From positions 1 through 34,331 of IMG/VR virus record IMGVR_UViG_3300022923_001480: a DNA stretch of 34,331 bases; one strand, 5' to 3'. Each line of letters begins with the position of its first letter. Position 1 is the first letter of the stretch. The notes beneath the pieces were generated by a model. It was not told the origin of the DNA and made no database searches. It saw only the letters and a program-made list of their open reading frames with translations. The translations under genes were made by a program, and so were the position numbers. The DNA is from a virus (Duplodnaviria > Caudoviricetes). Shown here piece by piece: positions 15,845 to 27,034 of the stretch.

Positions 15845-18800
15845 ATGGCAAGAAAAGTTATTGATACAGGTGCAGTAGGTAACGACGGTACTGGCGATAG
15901 TATTAGAGATTCGTTTCAAAAGGTAAACGATAACTTTAGAGAACTATATAGCTCATTAGGTTTAGGTGAAAGACTTACTTTTATTGGACTTAATGATTCA
16001 CCGGCAACTTACTTAGGTAATGAAGGTGCTGTTTTAGCAGTCAACCCTACTACAGATGCTATTGTATTTAAAAATATTGTTGGCGGCGTAGGTGTTGCCG
16101 TTGATGATACTACTAATCCTAGTGAGATTAGTATTTCAACAGAATTTAGTGAGATCTCAGGTGATACATCACCACAACTTGGTGGTAACTTATCTGCAAG
16201 ATCAGGTGGTAACCAATACAGAATAAAAGATTTAACTACACCGGTTAGCGATGATGAAGGTGCTAACAAAGGATATGTAGATACTAAAATTTCATTACAA
16301 GGTGTTAATGCAGTTGATCCAGAAACTGGACAAACAAATAGTGCATTCGGTACTATGGGCGGACCACTTGTACTTTCAAGAGATCCAGAACCAGACGATG
16401 ATATTACATACGATGGCTTAATTGCTGCAACAAAACGTTATGTTGATAGTTCATCATTTGGATCTAGTGTTAACTTGTATGTTGCAACTTCAGGTGCTGA
16501 CGAACGTCCGGGAGTAAGTGAAGAATTACAAGGTAGAGCTCTAGCATACGCATATAGATCTATTGAAGCAGCACTTAAACGTGCAGAAGAAATTGTTTTA
16601 GGTTCAGAAAAAGAAATTGGACCATACAAAAAAGTTTTAACATATAATAATGGCGCAGATGATGTAACCCTAAGTGCTATTGAAACATCACCAGATTCAG
16701 GAGTAGGATTTGCAGGTTCAGTTACGCTAAGTGTTGACTCGATTAGTATTGCCACAGTAGGTGCAAACTATCTACCAGGTGATATCATTACACTAGATGG
16801 CGGAACAGGTTCTCCAGCAAAGTATGAAGTTTTAAGTACAGCAAGTACACCAGGTGCACTTGTTACTTTCAGACAAATTAGTTCAGGTAACTATTCAGTA
16901 TTACCAGGTAGCACAAATGTTGCTACAACTTCTAATTCACAATTTGGTACAGGCGCTACATTTAATGTAACCTACAGAGTTGCAGGTGTTACTATTAATA
17001 ATCCAGGTAGTGGATATAGTTTAGTATCAGTTAGAATTACAGGTGGCGGCGAAACAAACGGTGGCTTTGGTGTTGCACAAGTTGTAGGAGGCGAAATTGT
17101 AGGAATTGAAATTACAGATCAAGGTGCTGGATTTACAAGTATTCCAACAGTAGTTGCTGACTTACCAAGATTCTTACTAAGAACAGAAGGACAAAGAACT
17201 GACTTTACAGGTGATGTATTAACAGATACTCCTGTTGCATTTAGAACACGTGACATTAGAGAAGGATTATTTTTACGCGGTGAAGATTCAGGCGCACTGG
17301 CACAGATATTAGGACATACAGGGGCACTTGATAGTTTAGGTAATGAAATTTTTGATGTTGATATTAAGTATGGTGACTTTACAGTAGGTGAAGTTATTTC
17401 ATATGGTGATGTTAGTAACCAAATTAATATTACAATTAAAGTAGAAAGTGGCATTTATGAAGAACATTATCCTTTAAAAGTTCCGCAGAACGTTTCTATT
17501 GTTGGTGATGAATTTAGACGTTGTATTATTAGACCTAAACCAGGAACATCAAGTTCACCTTGGGCATTTCAAAAGTTTAGACGTGATACAGTAATTGATG
17601 GACTTCAAGTAACAGATAGATTGTATGGTCATCATTACTTGCACGATACATCACAACCAGTTTATCCAAAGATTGATAATGCTGGTAATTATAAAAACTC
17701 AGCAACACTTCTTAAACTTAACAAAGTGTTTATTCAAAACGAAGTTGTTGAATGGATTGATAATCAAATAGCAAATAGTATTGCTCCTTTTGATATAACA
17801 TTCCAATACAATAAAAATTTATGTAAACGTGATGTTGGATTACTACTTGATAGTATGATCTTTGATTTAAGGTACGGCGGTTACAATAGAACTATATCGG
17901 CAGCACTAAAATATTTTGAAAGTGCAAGTGGAAGACTTGCAATCACAACACAGTTATCAGAAACAGTTGCAGGTATTAGACGTATTGAATATCTTGCAAG
18001 TTTTATTCTTAATAACCTTCCAGTAGGAACAACATTCCAAAGTACTTTCCCACAGATTGTTGATACAGCATATCTAAAAGAAACAGGTACAGAAGATGTA
18101 TTCGAAGATTTAGTTGATGCAGTTGTAGATGTAATTAGTAGTTCAGGTAGTGTAAACTATCCACAAGAAAACCAATACCTTGATGTATTCCTAGCAAACG
18201 ATGCAGTACGTTGGCAAGGTATTACAATGCAAGGACACGGAGGCTTTGGTCTTGTACTTGATCCGGAAGGACAGATCCTTGCTAAATCACCTTATGCACA
18301 AGAGTGTGCTGCATTTAGTAGATCAATTAATAAACAAATATTTGCAGGTGGTATGTTTGTTGATGGTTTCTCAGGTAACTTACAATTTGAACACTTATCT
18401 TCAACCACTGATACAAGATTAGGTGTAGGCGGATTAGAAAGATTCCCACAACTACCTGCATCGTTTATTGTAGATGACGCAGTATTTAGAATTAACTATG
18501 TTAGAGACTTTGTATACAGTCCTAGCGGTTCAACTGCTACATTTGTACTTGATGAAACAACACCATTTACTAGACCACCAAATTATCAAACACTTTTAAG
18601 TGTAAGTGTTGCTGATCCTGGTATATTTACTAATAATGATCATAGACTACAATCAGGTGCAATTTTAAGATTTAGATCAGTGGGTGGCTCTTTGCCTGCA
18701 CCACTAGTAGCAGGAAGAGACTACTATGTTTTTGAAGATGGTTTAACAAATAATACTTTCCAAATTAAAGATTCATTTGATGGTAGTGTTCCATTAGAAA

Positions 18801-21800
18801 TTACATCAGGTGGTAGCGGCACTATTCAATATCAAAGAATTTATGAAGTATTGATGCCTGGTAACAGATCAATGCTTTCAAATGACTTTACACAGGTTGC
18901 TGATATGGGTTACGGCCTAATTGCAACTAACGGTGGATTAACTGAATCAGTATCAATGTTTACATATTACTGTTATGCATCATACTATTCAATTAATGGT
19001 GCACAGATACGTTCAGTGGGTGGTTCGTCCGCACACGGTATATTTGCACTGGTAGCAGAAGGATCAGATCCTTTAGAAGTACCAACACCGGTAACATTAT
19101 TTAATGACCTTGCGCAAAGAGTAGATGTTTATGCACCTACTCCTGCATTTGCTACAGCAGCAAATGGTTTATTTGTACACGTTACCAACTATGACTATAC
19201 ACCATTAAACAATTCAGAACTAGAAGTTGACCACGGTAATTTAATATTTAGATATCCAGTTACATCTGTAACTACACAGGATTTACCTCCAGGAGTTGCA
19301 AGACTTAACTTAACATCAGACGAAACAGGTAACTTCGATGGATTATTTGATGCTATTCCAGATGGAACAAAATGTACACTACGTTCAAATTCACAAGTTG
19401 TGTTAACAGGTGATATTGTTAATGTTGCTACTAGACCATCAACAGGTTTAAAACTTGCAGAATCATCAAACGTCTATCGTGTACTACAGTTTGAAGACTA
19501 TACAGATACAAGAGGAAATTTTGAAGTAGAATTTACACCAGGTGCAACTGCAACTGTTTCAATGTTTGGAATAATTGATAGCACAGATTCAACAACTGAT
19601 ATTGCAACATTTACGTTTCCTCATAGATTAAGAACTGGTGATACTTTTGTACCAAGCTCTACAGCAGTTGGATTTACTGCTGGTGTAACTTATTATGTCA
19701 AAGATGTTCCTAAATATGACCAAGTTATATTTTCGACATCACCAGGTGGTACAACTTTACCATTAACTACTGGTTCAAGTTTAGCATTAAAAGGTTTAAT
19801 TCCTCACAAACAGTTACGTAATTACATCTTTACATTTGAATCAACTGGTACTTTGCCAACGGGAATAATTGAAGGACAAAAGTATTATGTAAAAGAAACT
19901 GGACTAACAACTACTACATTCCAAATTGGTGAAAGTGAAACAACTAATGCTATTGGAGTTACAGATGCTGGTACTGGTACAATTACTGCAAACATTGAAG
20001 GATTAGGTAAAACTACACTTAGAGAAAACTACGACTACATTGATTTAACACTTTATAAGCCAGGCGAACTTGTTGGAACTACAGGTGCAGGTCTTACGTA
20101 TTCAGAAGGACCTAAAACAGGAGTTACAATTAGTATTGGTGCTCCGGCAGTGTTTACAAGTACAACACACGGATTAACACAAGGCGATTGTATTGTTTTC
20201 CAAACAACTGATACATTGCCAACAGGTATTAACGAAAGTGTACACTATTTTGTTTACAGTACACCTACTGCTGATACATTTACAGTAAGTACAGAATGGC
20301 CAACATTGAGTGCTGCTGTACAAGTAGAATCATTTGCTCCGCAGGCAGGAACACACACTTTTGGTAAAGTAAAAGGTGTAGCAGGCGACACTGAAGTTGC
20401 TGTTGTTCCAGTTGCTCCTGCTGATAGATCAAGAGTACCTAATTCAAGAGTTGTATTCAAAGGTGAAGAATACGTAATTACTAGTTACGAATCAGAAGAT
20501 GATATTAACGTAAAACCTTATGCAAGAATTACTCTTGACAGACCATTAGAAGATAGTTTACTAGACTATGGTGCAACATACACCATCAGAAGTGCTGTAC
20601 CAGTAAGAAGTGTAGGAGCAGATGGTAACCTAACTATTAGAATTTCATTGACTCGTGTTACATCACACGATTTACTTGACATTGGTACAGGTTCATATGC
20701 AGATACAAACTATCCAAATGAAATTTACGGTCCACCTGTTAATGCTGTAAACGCAGCAACTGAAACAGATGAACGTGATGTGGGACGTGTGTTCTACGTA
20801 ACCACTGACCAATTTGGTAACTTTAGAGTTGGTCCATTCTTTAGCGTTGACCAAGGTACTGGACAGGTTACATTCTCAGCAGCGATTGCATTGAGTAACT
20901 TGGACGGACTTGGATTTAAACGTGGTGTTCCAATTGCAGAATTTAGTACAGATTCAGGATTTAGTGATAACGCTGTTGATACTGTACCAACTGAAAACGC
21001 AACTAGAGTTTATTTAGAAAGACGTTTAGGTAAAACACACAACGGTGCAGCAGTACCGCAAGGTAACTTAATACCACCATTAAGCGGCGGCTTCTTAGCA
21101 CTAGACGGTGGCCTTCCAATGAAAGGTCCGGTAGATATGAATGTGGTTAACAAAATAGTTAACCTTGCTGATCCTACTGATCCAAGAGACGCTGTTAACC
21201 TTAGAAGTTTAACATTTGAAAATATTCAAAACTTTGGATTTAATGCTGTTAAGGCAAATGAATTTATTGTGTTTACAGGTGTTGGTCAAGAAGCGATCAA
21301 CGTAAGCGTTGTTGGAGACATTGACTTTAACATTGATTCAACTGCAAATACTATTGATGCACAAATTAATCCAGACACAATTTTAAATGCTGATGTTAAT
21401 AGCACAGCAGGTATCGAGCAATCAAAACTATTAATGAACCTTGCAGGTACAAGTGCAGCAGCACCGACAGGTACACAAGCAGATAAACAAGCAGCAAGTG
21501 GTGTTGTTAGTTTTGACGATGCACAATTTGTAGCAAGTAACGGTTGGATTACACTTAAAGATAATGGTACTCCAAGAAGTGCATTAGCACAAGTTACAGC
21601 AAGAAGTGTAATTGGTAATAATCAACTTACAGTTGACGATGCAGCAGATGTTCCATTTACAACTGTTGTAGATAACGGTGGCGGTGTTAAAAAATCACAA
21701 TACAGTAGCATTGGATTCTTACGTAGAACAAATAGCGTAAGTAACACTGACGATTTAGATTATACAGTTATTGATGCAGTAGCAGCATATACTGGCACAG

Positions 21801-22564
21801 GTGATAATAATACACTTATCCAAAGAGACAGTAATGGTGACTTTGGTGCAAACAATGCAGACTTTAGTACACTTAAAATAGATACTAAGACTGCAATTGA
21901 TACAGGAACTATTTCATCAGGTGGATTTATTAGACTTTACACTTACGGTGGTAATGGCGGTATCTATTTACAAGATGGTTCATTAGCAAGTGATAAAACT
22001 AACCAATACTGGAATAACAAACACGAATTTAAAACACAAGACGGTTTGAGTAATGCACCTATTACAGCAAGTAGTGTAGAAACACTAGTGCTGACTACAG
22101 GTGGTAATACTACAACTGGTACTGTAACTGGTAGATGGTCACTAACAGGTTCATCACCAAACGAATCAAGGTTTGAAGCAACTTATGCTGCTGACCTTGC
22201 AGAATACTATGAAGGTGACAAGGAATATGAAGTTGGAACAGTATTAGTATTCGGAGGTGACAAGGAAGTTACTACTACAAAAGATAAAATGAGTAGAAAA
22301 GTAGCAGGTGTTGTTTCTGATAGAGCAGCATATGTTATGTACAGTGCTTGTCCTGGACTTAAAAATCTTGTTGCATTACAAGGTAGAGTTCCTGTAAAAG
22401 TAGCAGGTAAAATTGAAAAAGGTGACACACTTGTAACTTCACATATTGAAGGTGTTGCAGTTGCATCAGATGATCCTAAACCAGGAACAATTATTGGTAA
22501 AGCAATTGAAGCATATGATAGTGATCATATAGGCACAATTGAAGTAGCGGTAGGGAGATCATAA
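15845..22564 (+). CDS. Giant baseplate/tail structural protein (2239 aa)
   Basis: N-terminal GNDGTGDSIR..F.KVN.NF motif of the T4 gp9/gp10 type. Repeated LP..L..G..YYV domains, and a C-terminal DLAEYY...GRVPVKV chaperone-like domain. Confidence 0.85.
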   Translation: MARKVIDTGAVGNDGTGDSIRDSFQKVNDNFRELYSSLGLGERLTFIGLNDSPATYLGNEGAVLAVNPTTDAIVFKNIVGGVGVAVDDTTNPSEISISTEFSEISGDTSPQLGGNLSARSGGNQYRIKDLTTPVSDDEGANKGYVDTKISLQGVNAVDPETGQTNSAFGTMGGPLVLSRDPEPDDDITYDGLIAATKRYVDSSSFGSSVNLYVATSGADERPGVSEELQGRALAYAYRSIEAALKRAEEIVLGSEKEIGPYKKVLTYNNGADDVTLSAIETSPDSGVGFAGSVTLSVDSISIATVGANYLPGDIITLDGGTGSPAKYEVLSTASTPGALVTFRQISSGNYSVLPGSTNVATTSNSQFGTGATFNVTYRVAGVTINNPGSGYSLVSVRITGGGETNGGFGVAQVVGGEIVGIEITDQGAGFTSIPTVVADLPRFLLRTEGQRTDFTGDVLTDTPVAFRTRDIREGLFLRGEDSGALAQILGHTGALDSLGNEIFDVDIKYGDFTVGEVISYGDVSNQINITIKVESGIYEEHYPLKVPQNVSIVGDEFRRCIIRPKPGTSSSPWAFQKFRRDTVIDGLQVTDRLYGHHYLHDTSQPVYPKIDNAGNYKNSATLLKLNKVFIQNEVVEWIDNQIANSIAPFDITFQYNKNLCKRDVGLLLDSMIFDLRYGGYNRTISAALKYFESASGRLAITTQLSETVAGIRRIEYLASFILNNLPVGTTFQSTFPQIVDTAYLKETGTEDVFEDLVDAVVDVISSSGSVNYPQENQYLDVFLANDAVRWQGITMQGHGGFGLVLDPEGQILAKSPYAQECAAFSRSINKQIFAGGMFVDGFSGNLQFEHLSSTTDTRLGVGGLERFPQLPASFIVDDAVFRINYVRDFVYSPSGSTATFVLDETTPFTRPPNYQTLLSVSVADPGIFTNNDHRLQSGAILRFRSVGGSLPAPLVAGRDYYVFEDGLTNNTFQIKDSFDGSVPLEITSGGSGTIQYQRIYEVLMPGNRSMLSNDFTQVADMGYGLIATNGGLTESVSMFTYYCYASYYSINGAQIRSVGGSSAHGIFALVAEGSDPLEVPTPVTLFNDLAQRVDVYAPTPAFATAANGLFVHVTNYDYTPLNNSELEVDHGNLIFRYPVTSVTTQDLPPGVARLNLTSDETGNFDGLFDAIPDGTKCTLRSNSQVVLTGDIVNVATRPSTGLKLAESSNVYRVLQFEDYTDTRGNFEVEFTPGATATVSMFGIIDSTDSTTDIATFTFPHRLRTGDTFVPSSTAVGFTAGVTYYVKDVPKYDQVIFSTSPGGTTLPLTTGSSLALKGLIPHKQLRNYIFTFESTGTLPTGIIEGQKYYVKETGLTTTTFQIGESETTNAIGVTDAGTGTITANIEGLGKTTLRENYDYIDLTLYKPGELVGTTGAGLTYSEGPKTGVTISIGAPAVFTSTTHGLTQGDCIVFQTTDTLPTGINESVHYFVYSTPTADTFTVSTEWPTLSAAVQVESFAPQAGTHTFGKVKGVAGDTEVAVVPVAPADRSRVPNSRVVFKGEEYVITSYESEDDINVKPYARITLDRPLEDSLLDYGATYTIRSAVPVRSVGADGNLTIRISLTRVTSHDLLDIGTGSYADTNYPNEIYGPPVNAVNAATETDERDVGRVFYVTTDQFGNFRVGPFFSVDQGTGQVTFSAAIALSNLDGLGFKRGVPIAEFSTDSGFSDNAVDTVPTENATRVYLERRLGKTHNGAAVPQGNLIPPLSGGFLALDGGLPMKGPVDMNVVNKIVNLADPTDPRDAVNLRSLTFENIQNFGFNAVKANEFIVFTGVGQEAINVSVVGDIDFNIDSTANTIDAQINPDTILNADVNSTAGIEQSKLLMNLAGTSAAAPTGTQADKQAASGVVSFDDAQFVASNGWITLKDNGTPRSALAQVTARSVIGNNQLTVDDAADVPFTTVVDNGGGVKKSQYSSIGFLRRTNSVSNTDDLDYTVIDAVAAYTGTGDNNTLIQRDSNGDFGANNADFSTLKIDTKTAIDTGTISSGGFIRLYTYGGNGGIYLQDGSLASDKTNQYWNNKHEFKTQDGLSNAPITASSVETLVLTTGGNTTTGTVTGRWSLTGSSPNESRFEATYAADLAEYYEGDKEYEVGTVLVFGGDKEVTTTKDKMSRKVAGVVSDRAAYVMYSACPGLKNLVALQGRVPVKVAGKIEKGDTLVTSHIEGVAVASDDPKPGTIIGKAIEAYDSDHIGTIEVAVGRS

Positions 22565-24468
22565 TGGCATTTGATAATAACGTAAGTCCGGGTACACCAC
22601 CGCTTAATTGGCAAAAAGTCAAAGATGCATTTGATATAATAAATCAGAACTTTACACAGATAGGTTCTGCCATTGCACAGTACAGACCCGTAACAATTAT
22701 TAACATTGACAATAGCAATCCTGTAAAAGTTACTACAAGTGGTAACCACGATTTACCAGCAGGTTCACGTGTAAACATTTTAAGCACAGGTGTTTCACAA
22801 CTAGACGGTAATGAGTTTTATGTAAGTGTAAGCAGTGCAGACGAAGTATTACTTTACACTGACGAAGCATTAAGCATAGCAGTAGATGGTGCAACACACG
22901 ATGCTTATCCATCGTCAGGTGGTGTTATACAAGGATACAGTCCTTTTGCAAATATTGACTTTGATGTATTTAGAAATAATATTATACCTGCAGATACAGG
23001 TATTTACAATTTAGGAAGTTTTAGTAAGCAATGGAAAGAAGTACACATTGAACCTAGCAGCGATGTACCAGGTAGTGAGAATAATGGTTTATGGTTAGGA
23101 CTTGCTAAAATTGAAGGTAATGGAACTGTAATTAATCTTCCAGTCGACTCAACTGTAGACGGAACAAAAATTATTGATCTAGATAAAACTTTCTTTAAAG
23201 AAGTACAAGTAGATAATGAAAATGCAGTTGTAGCAGATGAATTCGTTGACAGTTTAAACTTGATTAGCGGCACTGCTATGCAACTTACTGTTGACAGTAG
23301 TGCAGAAAGTATTACATTTACAAACACAGGTGTTACACAATTAGCAGGTAGCACAGGTGTAAGTGTAAGTGCTGCAACAGGAAATATAACATTAACAAAT
23401 ACAGGTGTTACAAGTGTAGGAAATGGTAATACTTTACCGACAGGACTGCCAGTAGGATCAGGTATTGCAAGAGATAACACTACTGGTGTAGTTACAATGA
23501 CTAACACAGGTGTTATTGATCTTGATGATGGTTTTGGTATTACACTTTCAAGAGACGATGCAACAGGTATTGTTACAGTAACCAACGCTGCTCCAGCAGT
23601 TAATACATTTGGAACATTTGCTGTCCAAGGACAATCAGATGTACAACCCGATAACACTTCAGATACTTTAGAATTTGTTGCAGGTTATGGAATAGGAATT
23701 ACAACAGACGGCCTTAATGATAAAATTAATTTTGCTTTTGATCCTAATGTGGATATTAATGGTAGTGTATTTGCTGATGATAGTACGTTGCTTGTTGACG
23801 GTGTTATGGGTAGAATTGTTGCTGATGTTTATGCTAACGTATTTGGTAATGTTACTGGTAACTTAACTGGTAATGTAACTGGAAACACAACTGGATATCA
23901 TACAGGTGATGTTACAGGTAGTGTGTTTGCAGATGATAGCACAAAATTAGTAGATAGTGTTGATAGTACTTTTAATTTAGATGGAACTGTAGGCACTAAT
24001 GTTATTGCAGATCAAAATAATCAATACGATTTAGGATCTAGTGCAAAACAATTTAAAAACTTATTTTTATCACAGCACATAGAACTAGGCGGAAACATTG
24101 TTGCAATTGGAAATGTATCAGCAGCAACACTAAATGGAAACTTAGTTGGTTACCAAACTGGTGATATGACTGGTTCAGTATTTGGTGATGATAGTACAAA
24201 ACTAGTAGACGGTGCCGAAAGTAAAATTGTTGGCCCAGTTGAATCAGATAATATTAGAGGATCATTTATAGGAACAGTGTTTGCAGATGATTCTTCTGCA
24301 ATTATAAATGAGGAAGGTACAGTATTAGGAACAATTGCTCCTGGTGCAGCAGCACCTGCATCAGAAACAGAAGCAGCACCTGTAGGTGAAATTAGAGTTG
24401 ATGACAATTATGTTTATGTCCGCAAGAGTACGGGCTGGGGCAAAATTGCAATCGGCGGTTGGGTATAG
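22564..24468 (+). CDS. Tail fibre-like protein
   Basis: NTGVT and GNVT repeats, four G[ST]VF[AG]DDS repeats, and a C-terminal GEIRVDDNYVYV...W motif. Confidence 0.8.
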   Translation: MAFDNNVSPGTPPLNWQKVKDAFDIINQNFTQIGSAIAQYRPVTIINIDNSNPVKVTTSGNHDLPAGSRVNILSTGVSQLDGNEFYVSVSSADEVLLYTDEALSIAVDGATHDAYPSSGGVIQGYSPFANIDFDVFRNNIIPADTGIYNLGSFSKQWKEVHIEPSSDVPGSENNGLWLGLAKIEGNGTVINLPVDSTVDGTKIIDLDKTFFKEVQVDNENAVVADEFVDSLNLISGTAMQLTVDSSAESITFTNTGVTQLAGSTGVSVSAATGNITLTNTGVTSVGNGNTLPTGLPVGSGIARDNTTGVVTMTNTGVIDLDDGFGITLSRDDATGIVTVTNAAPAVNTFGTFAVQGQSDVQPDNTSDTLEFVAGYGIGITTDGLNDKINFAFDPNVDINGSVFADDSTLLVDGVMGRIVADVYANVFGNVTGNLTGNVTGNTTGYHTGDVTGSVFADDSTKLVDSVDSTFNLDGTVGTNVIADQNNQYDLGSSAKQFKNLFLSQHIELGGNIVAIGNVSAATLNGNLVGYQTGDMTGSVFGDDSTKLVDGAESKIVGPVESDNIRGSFIGTVFADDSSAIINEEGTVLGTIAPGAAAPASETEAAPVGEIRVDDNYVYVRKSTGWGKIAIGGWV

Positions 24469-24720
24469 GAGCGGATAGATGGCAAAACTAACAGTAAACA
24501 TTGGCTCTAGTGCAAACGATAGAACAGGTGATAATCTACGTACTGCCTTTAATAAATTAAATTCAAACTTTGATGAAATATATCTAAGTGTAGATACTTT
24601 GACTTCACAGGTTGCTACTATAACAGGTAGCGGTACTAGTAACAGCGCATCAGGCAATACAATTGTAGGAGACATACAAGGTTCAGTTATTGCTGAAGAT
24701 TCAACTGTATTGGTAGACGG
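23761..24720 (+). repeat. Dispersed coding repeat GSVFADDSTxLVDG
   Basis: Copies near 23761, 23918, 24172 and 24271, with one more in the next gene near 24680. Confidence 0.75.
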
Positions 24721-26161
24721 AGTTGGTGGTGCAATTGATGCTAGTAACTTAACAGGTGCTTTACCGGCAATAGATGGTAGTGCATTAACTGGTGTTGTAA
24801 GTGCATTTAGCGACTTAACAGGAACACCAACTACAATAGCAGGTTATGGAATAAGTGATGCCTATACAAAAGCAGAAGTAGATAGTTCTATTGCTTCTGT
24901 TACAGCAGGACATTTTGATTTTAATATTACAGGCGATGACTCAACTGTAAGAACAGTAACTTCGGGTAGCACATTACAAATAACAGGTGGCACAGCAATT
25001 ACCACAGCAAGTGATGTGGACGGTAATATTACTATTAACGGTGTTGCACAGGATTTTGCGTTTTCAAGTTTAACAGGAACACCAACTACATTGGCAGGTT
25101 ATGGGATTACAGATGCAGCAACCTTAGCAGCGCCAGCATTCACTGGTGCAGTAGACTTTACTGGTGCAACAAGTGTAGACTTTACAAGTGTAACTGTTAC
25201 TGGCTTAGCAAGTCACACAGAAACAGATCCAGTAGTAGGTGCTATCAACGGTATTGTAAAAGCAGACGGCGCAGGAAACATTTCAGCGGCAGTGGCAGGA
25301 ACAGATTATCTAACAACTGTTGCGTTTAGTGATTTAACAGGTACACCAACCACAGTAGCAGGTTATGGAATTACAGATGCATTTGATGGAGCATTTGGTT
25401 CATTATCAGGCACGCCAACTACACTGGCAGGCTATGGAATTACAGACGCCGCAACACTAAACAATATGGCTCCAACAGGTGCAGTTGACTTTACAGGTGC
25501 AACAAGTGTAGACTTTACTGGTACAACAATTACAGCATTAGACTCATCAGGACTTACTAAACCTATTGACCTTGACGATAATGAGGAAGTTAGGTTTGGC
25601 ACTGATAATGATATGAGAATATATCACAGTGGGACAACAGGTAACATCGATAACAACACAGGCTCTTTGATCATAGACGGTAGCACAGTGAGAATACAAG
25701 ATGGCGCATTGGCAAATACTGCTATATCAGCCGCAAACGGTATTGCTACACTTTATCACACAAACACAGCAGTATTAAACACAACAGCAGGTGGGATAAA
25801 AATAGAAAAAGGCGTTTTAGAAAAGTTTGCTACAACTAACAGTGCTACAGGAGTTACAGCATTAGATTGTTCAACAGGACACGTTCATTATCTAACAGGT
25901 GCGTCAGGTGATATCACAGCAAACTTTACAAATTTAAATTTAACAGTAGAATACGCAACAAACATTACAGTAATTATTAACCAAGGTGCTACACCTTATG
26001 AAGTTACCGCTGTCCAAATAGGAGGAGCGGCACAGACCATTAATTGGCAAGGTGGTGTGGCTCCTACAGGAAACGCAAACGGAATTGATTCATTCTCATT
26101 TACTATATTAAATGATGGTGGCGCTTACGTTGTGCTTGGACAGATGGTGGACTTCACATAA
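24479..26161 (+). CDS. Tail fibre protein
   Basis: gp9/gp10-like N-terminal motif (ANDRTGDNLRTAFNKLNSNF) and four PTTxAGYGIxDA fibre repeats. Confidence 0.85.
   Translation: MAKLTVNIGSSANDRTGDNLRTAFNKLNSNFDEIYLSVDTLTSQVATITGSGTSNSASGNTIVGDIQGSVIAEDSTVLVDGVGGAIDASNLTGALPAIDGSALTGVVSAFSDLTGTPTTIAGYGISDAYTKAEVDSSIASVTAGHFDFNITGDDSTVRTVTSGSTLQITGGTAITTASDVDGNITINGVAQDFAFSSLTGTPTTLAGYGITDAATLAAPAFTGAVDFTGATSVDFTSVTVTGLASHTETDPVVGAINGIVKADGAGNISAAVAGTDYLTTVAFSDLTGTPTTVAGYGITDAFDGAFGSLSGTPTTLAGYGITDAATLNNMAPTGAVDFTGATSVDFTGTTITALDSSGLTKPIDLDDNEEVRFGTDNDMRIYHSGTTGNIDNNTGSLIIDGSTVRIQDGALANTAISAANGIATLYHTNTAVLNTTAGGIKIEKGVLEKFATTNSATGVTALDCSTGHVHYLTGASGDITANFTNLNLTVEYATNITVIINQGATPYEVTAVQIGGAAQTINWQGGVAPTGNANGIDSFSFTILNDGGAYVVLGQMVDFT
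24803..25520 (+). repeat. Coding repeats AFSxLTGTPTTxAGYGITDA (x4) and TGAVDFTGATSVDFT (x2)
   Basis: Copies visible at DNA level near 24803, 25058, 25322 and 25391, and near 25142 and 25475. Confidence 0.8.
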
Positions 26162-27012
26162 TGCCGATATTATCAACAGCAACAGGTAGTTTTTTCGCAG
26201 GACGTAGAGCAAGTACTTACAGTAGTGCGGCTTGGGATCCTTCAACAGATATTACTGCCGCGGCTTGGCTTGATGCAAGTGATACTTCAAGTTATTCAAC
26301 CAGTGGATCAAATGTTACAGCAGTCACAGACAAAGCAGGCAATGCCACAGTCACAGTGACCGGCACACCCAATATAACAAACACACTGGACAGCAAAAAT
26401 GTTTGGACATTTACATCAGGAGAAGATTTAACCACCGACGAGGTTGCACAAGCCAGCAGTGGCAATCACTGGGCTATTGGTGTAATGCAATGGAATCAGA
26501 TCAACGACACACAGGATAGTTTCTGGAGTTTAGATACTACAGGTAGTCCAAAAAGATGCTATGCTGTAAGTGCTAGTAACGCAAGTGCATTTGATGGTGA
26601 GTTGGACCTAGACGCTTTGAGCAATCCGAACAGGATATCATCAACCATAGGTAATGCCCAGGACTTTGATTCAGGTATTGCTCAAAACACTTGGGTTATT
26701 ATTGGTGCTATATTCAACAAGACAGGCAACCAGATTGCTGTTAGAGTAGATGGTGATAATGCATTTACACCTGTGAATGACTATGATAATAGTCTACAAA
26801 CAAATATGGATTTAAGAATATTTAGAAACCGATCCAACGAACGAATGCAAGGTCAAATGGCAGAGTTTTTTACTGTAGCAGACGTTCCAGGCACAGGCGG
26901 TACAGATATAACAGATTTTGAAAAAGCAGAAGGTTATCTTGCTCACAAGTGGGCACTAACAGGCAATTTACCTGTAAGTCACCCATATAAGAGCACAGCA
27001 CCAACAGGATAA
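26161..27012 (+). CDS. Concanavalin A/LamG-like putative receptor-binding protein
   Basis: AAWLDASD...DKAGN, GQMAEF and EGYLAHKW..LP..HPY pattern. Coupled to the fibre gene by TAATG. Confidence 0.65.
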   Translation: MPILSTATGSFFAGRRASTYSSAAWDPSTDITAAAWLDASDTSSYSTSGSNVTAVTDKAGNATVTVTGTPNITNTLDSKNVWTFTSGEDLTTDEVAQASSGNHWAIGVMQWNQINDTQDSFWSLDTTGSPKRCYAVSASNASAFDGELDLDALSNPNRISSTIGNAQDFDSGIAQNTWVIIGAIFNKTGNQIAVRVDGDNAFTPVNDYDNSLQTNMDLRIFRNRSNERMQGQMAEFFTVADVPGTGGTDITDFEKAEGYLAHKWALTGNLPVSHPYKSTAPTG

Positions 27013-27015
27013 ATA
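27009..27015 (+). promoter_or_regulatory. ATAAATA late-promoter-like box
   Basis: Overlaps the upstream stop codon, about 20 nt before ATG 27035. Confidence 0.55.
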
Positions 27016-27034
27016 CTACAAATAGGAAAGCAAA

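Noticed and set aside
24803-25520. Repeats as a possible CRISPR array or DGR template/variable pair
   Set aside because: They are in-frame, wobble-diverged coding repeats with irregular spacing. No adenine-specific mismatch pattern, reverse transcriptase or cas gene is visible.
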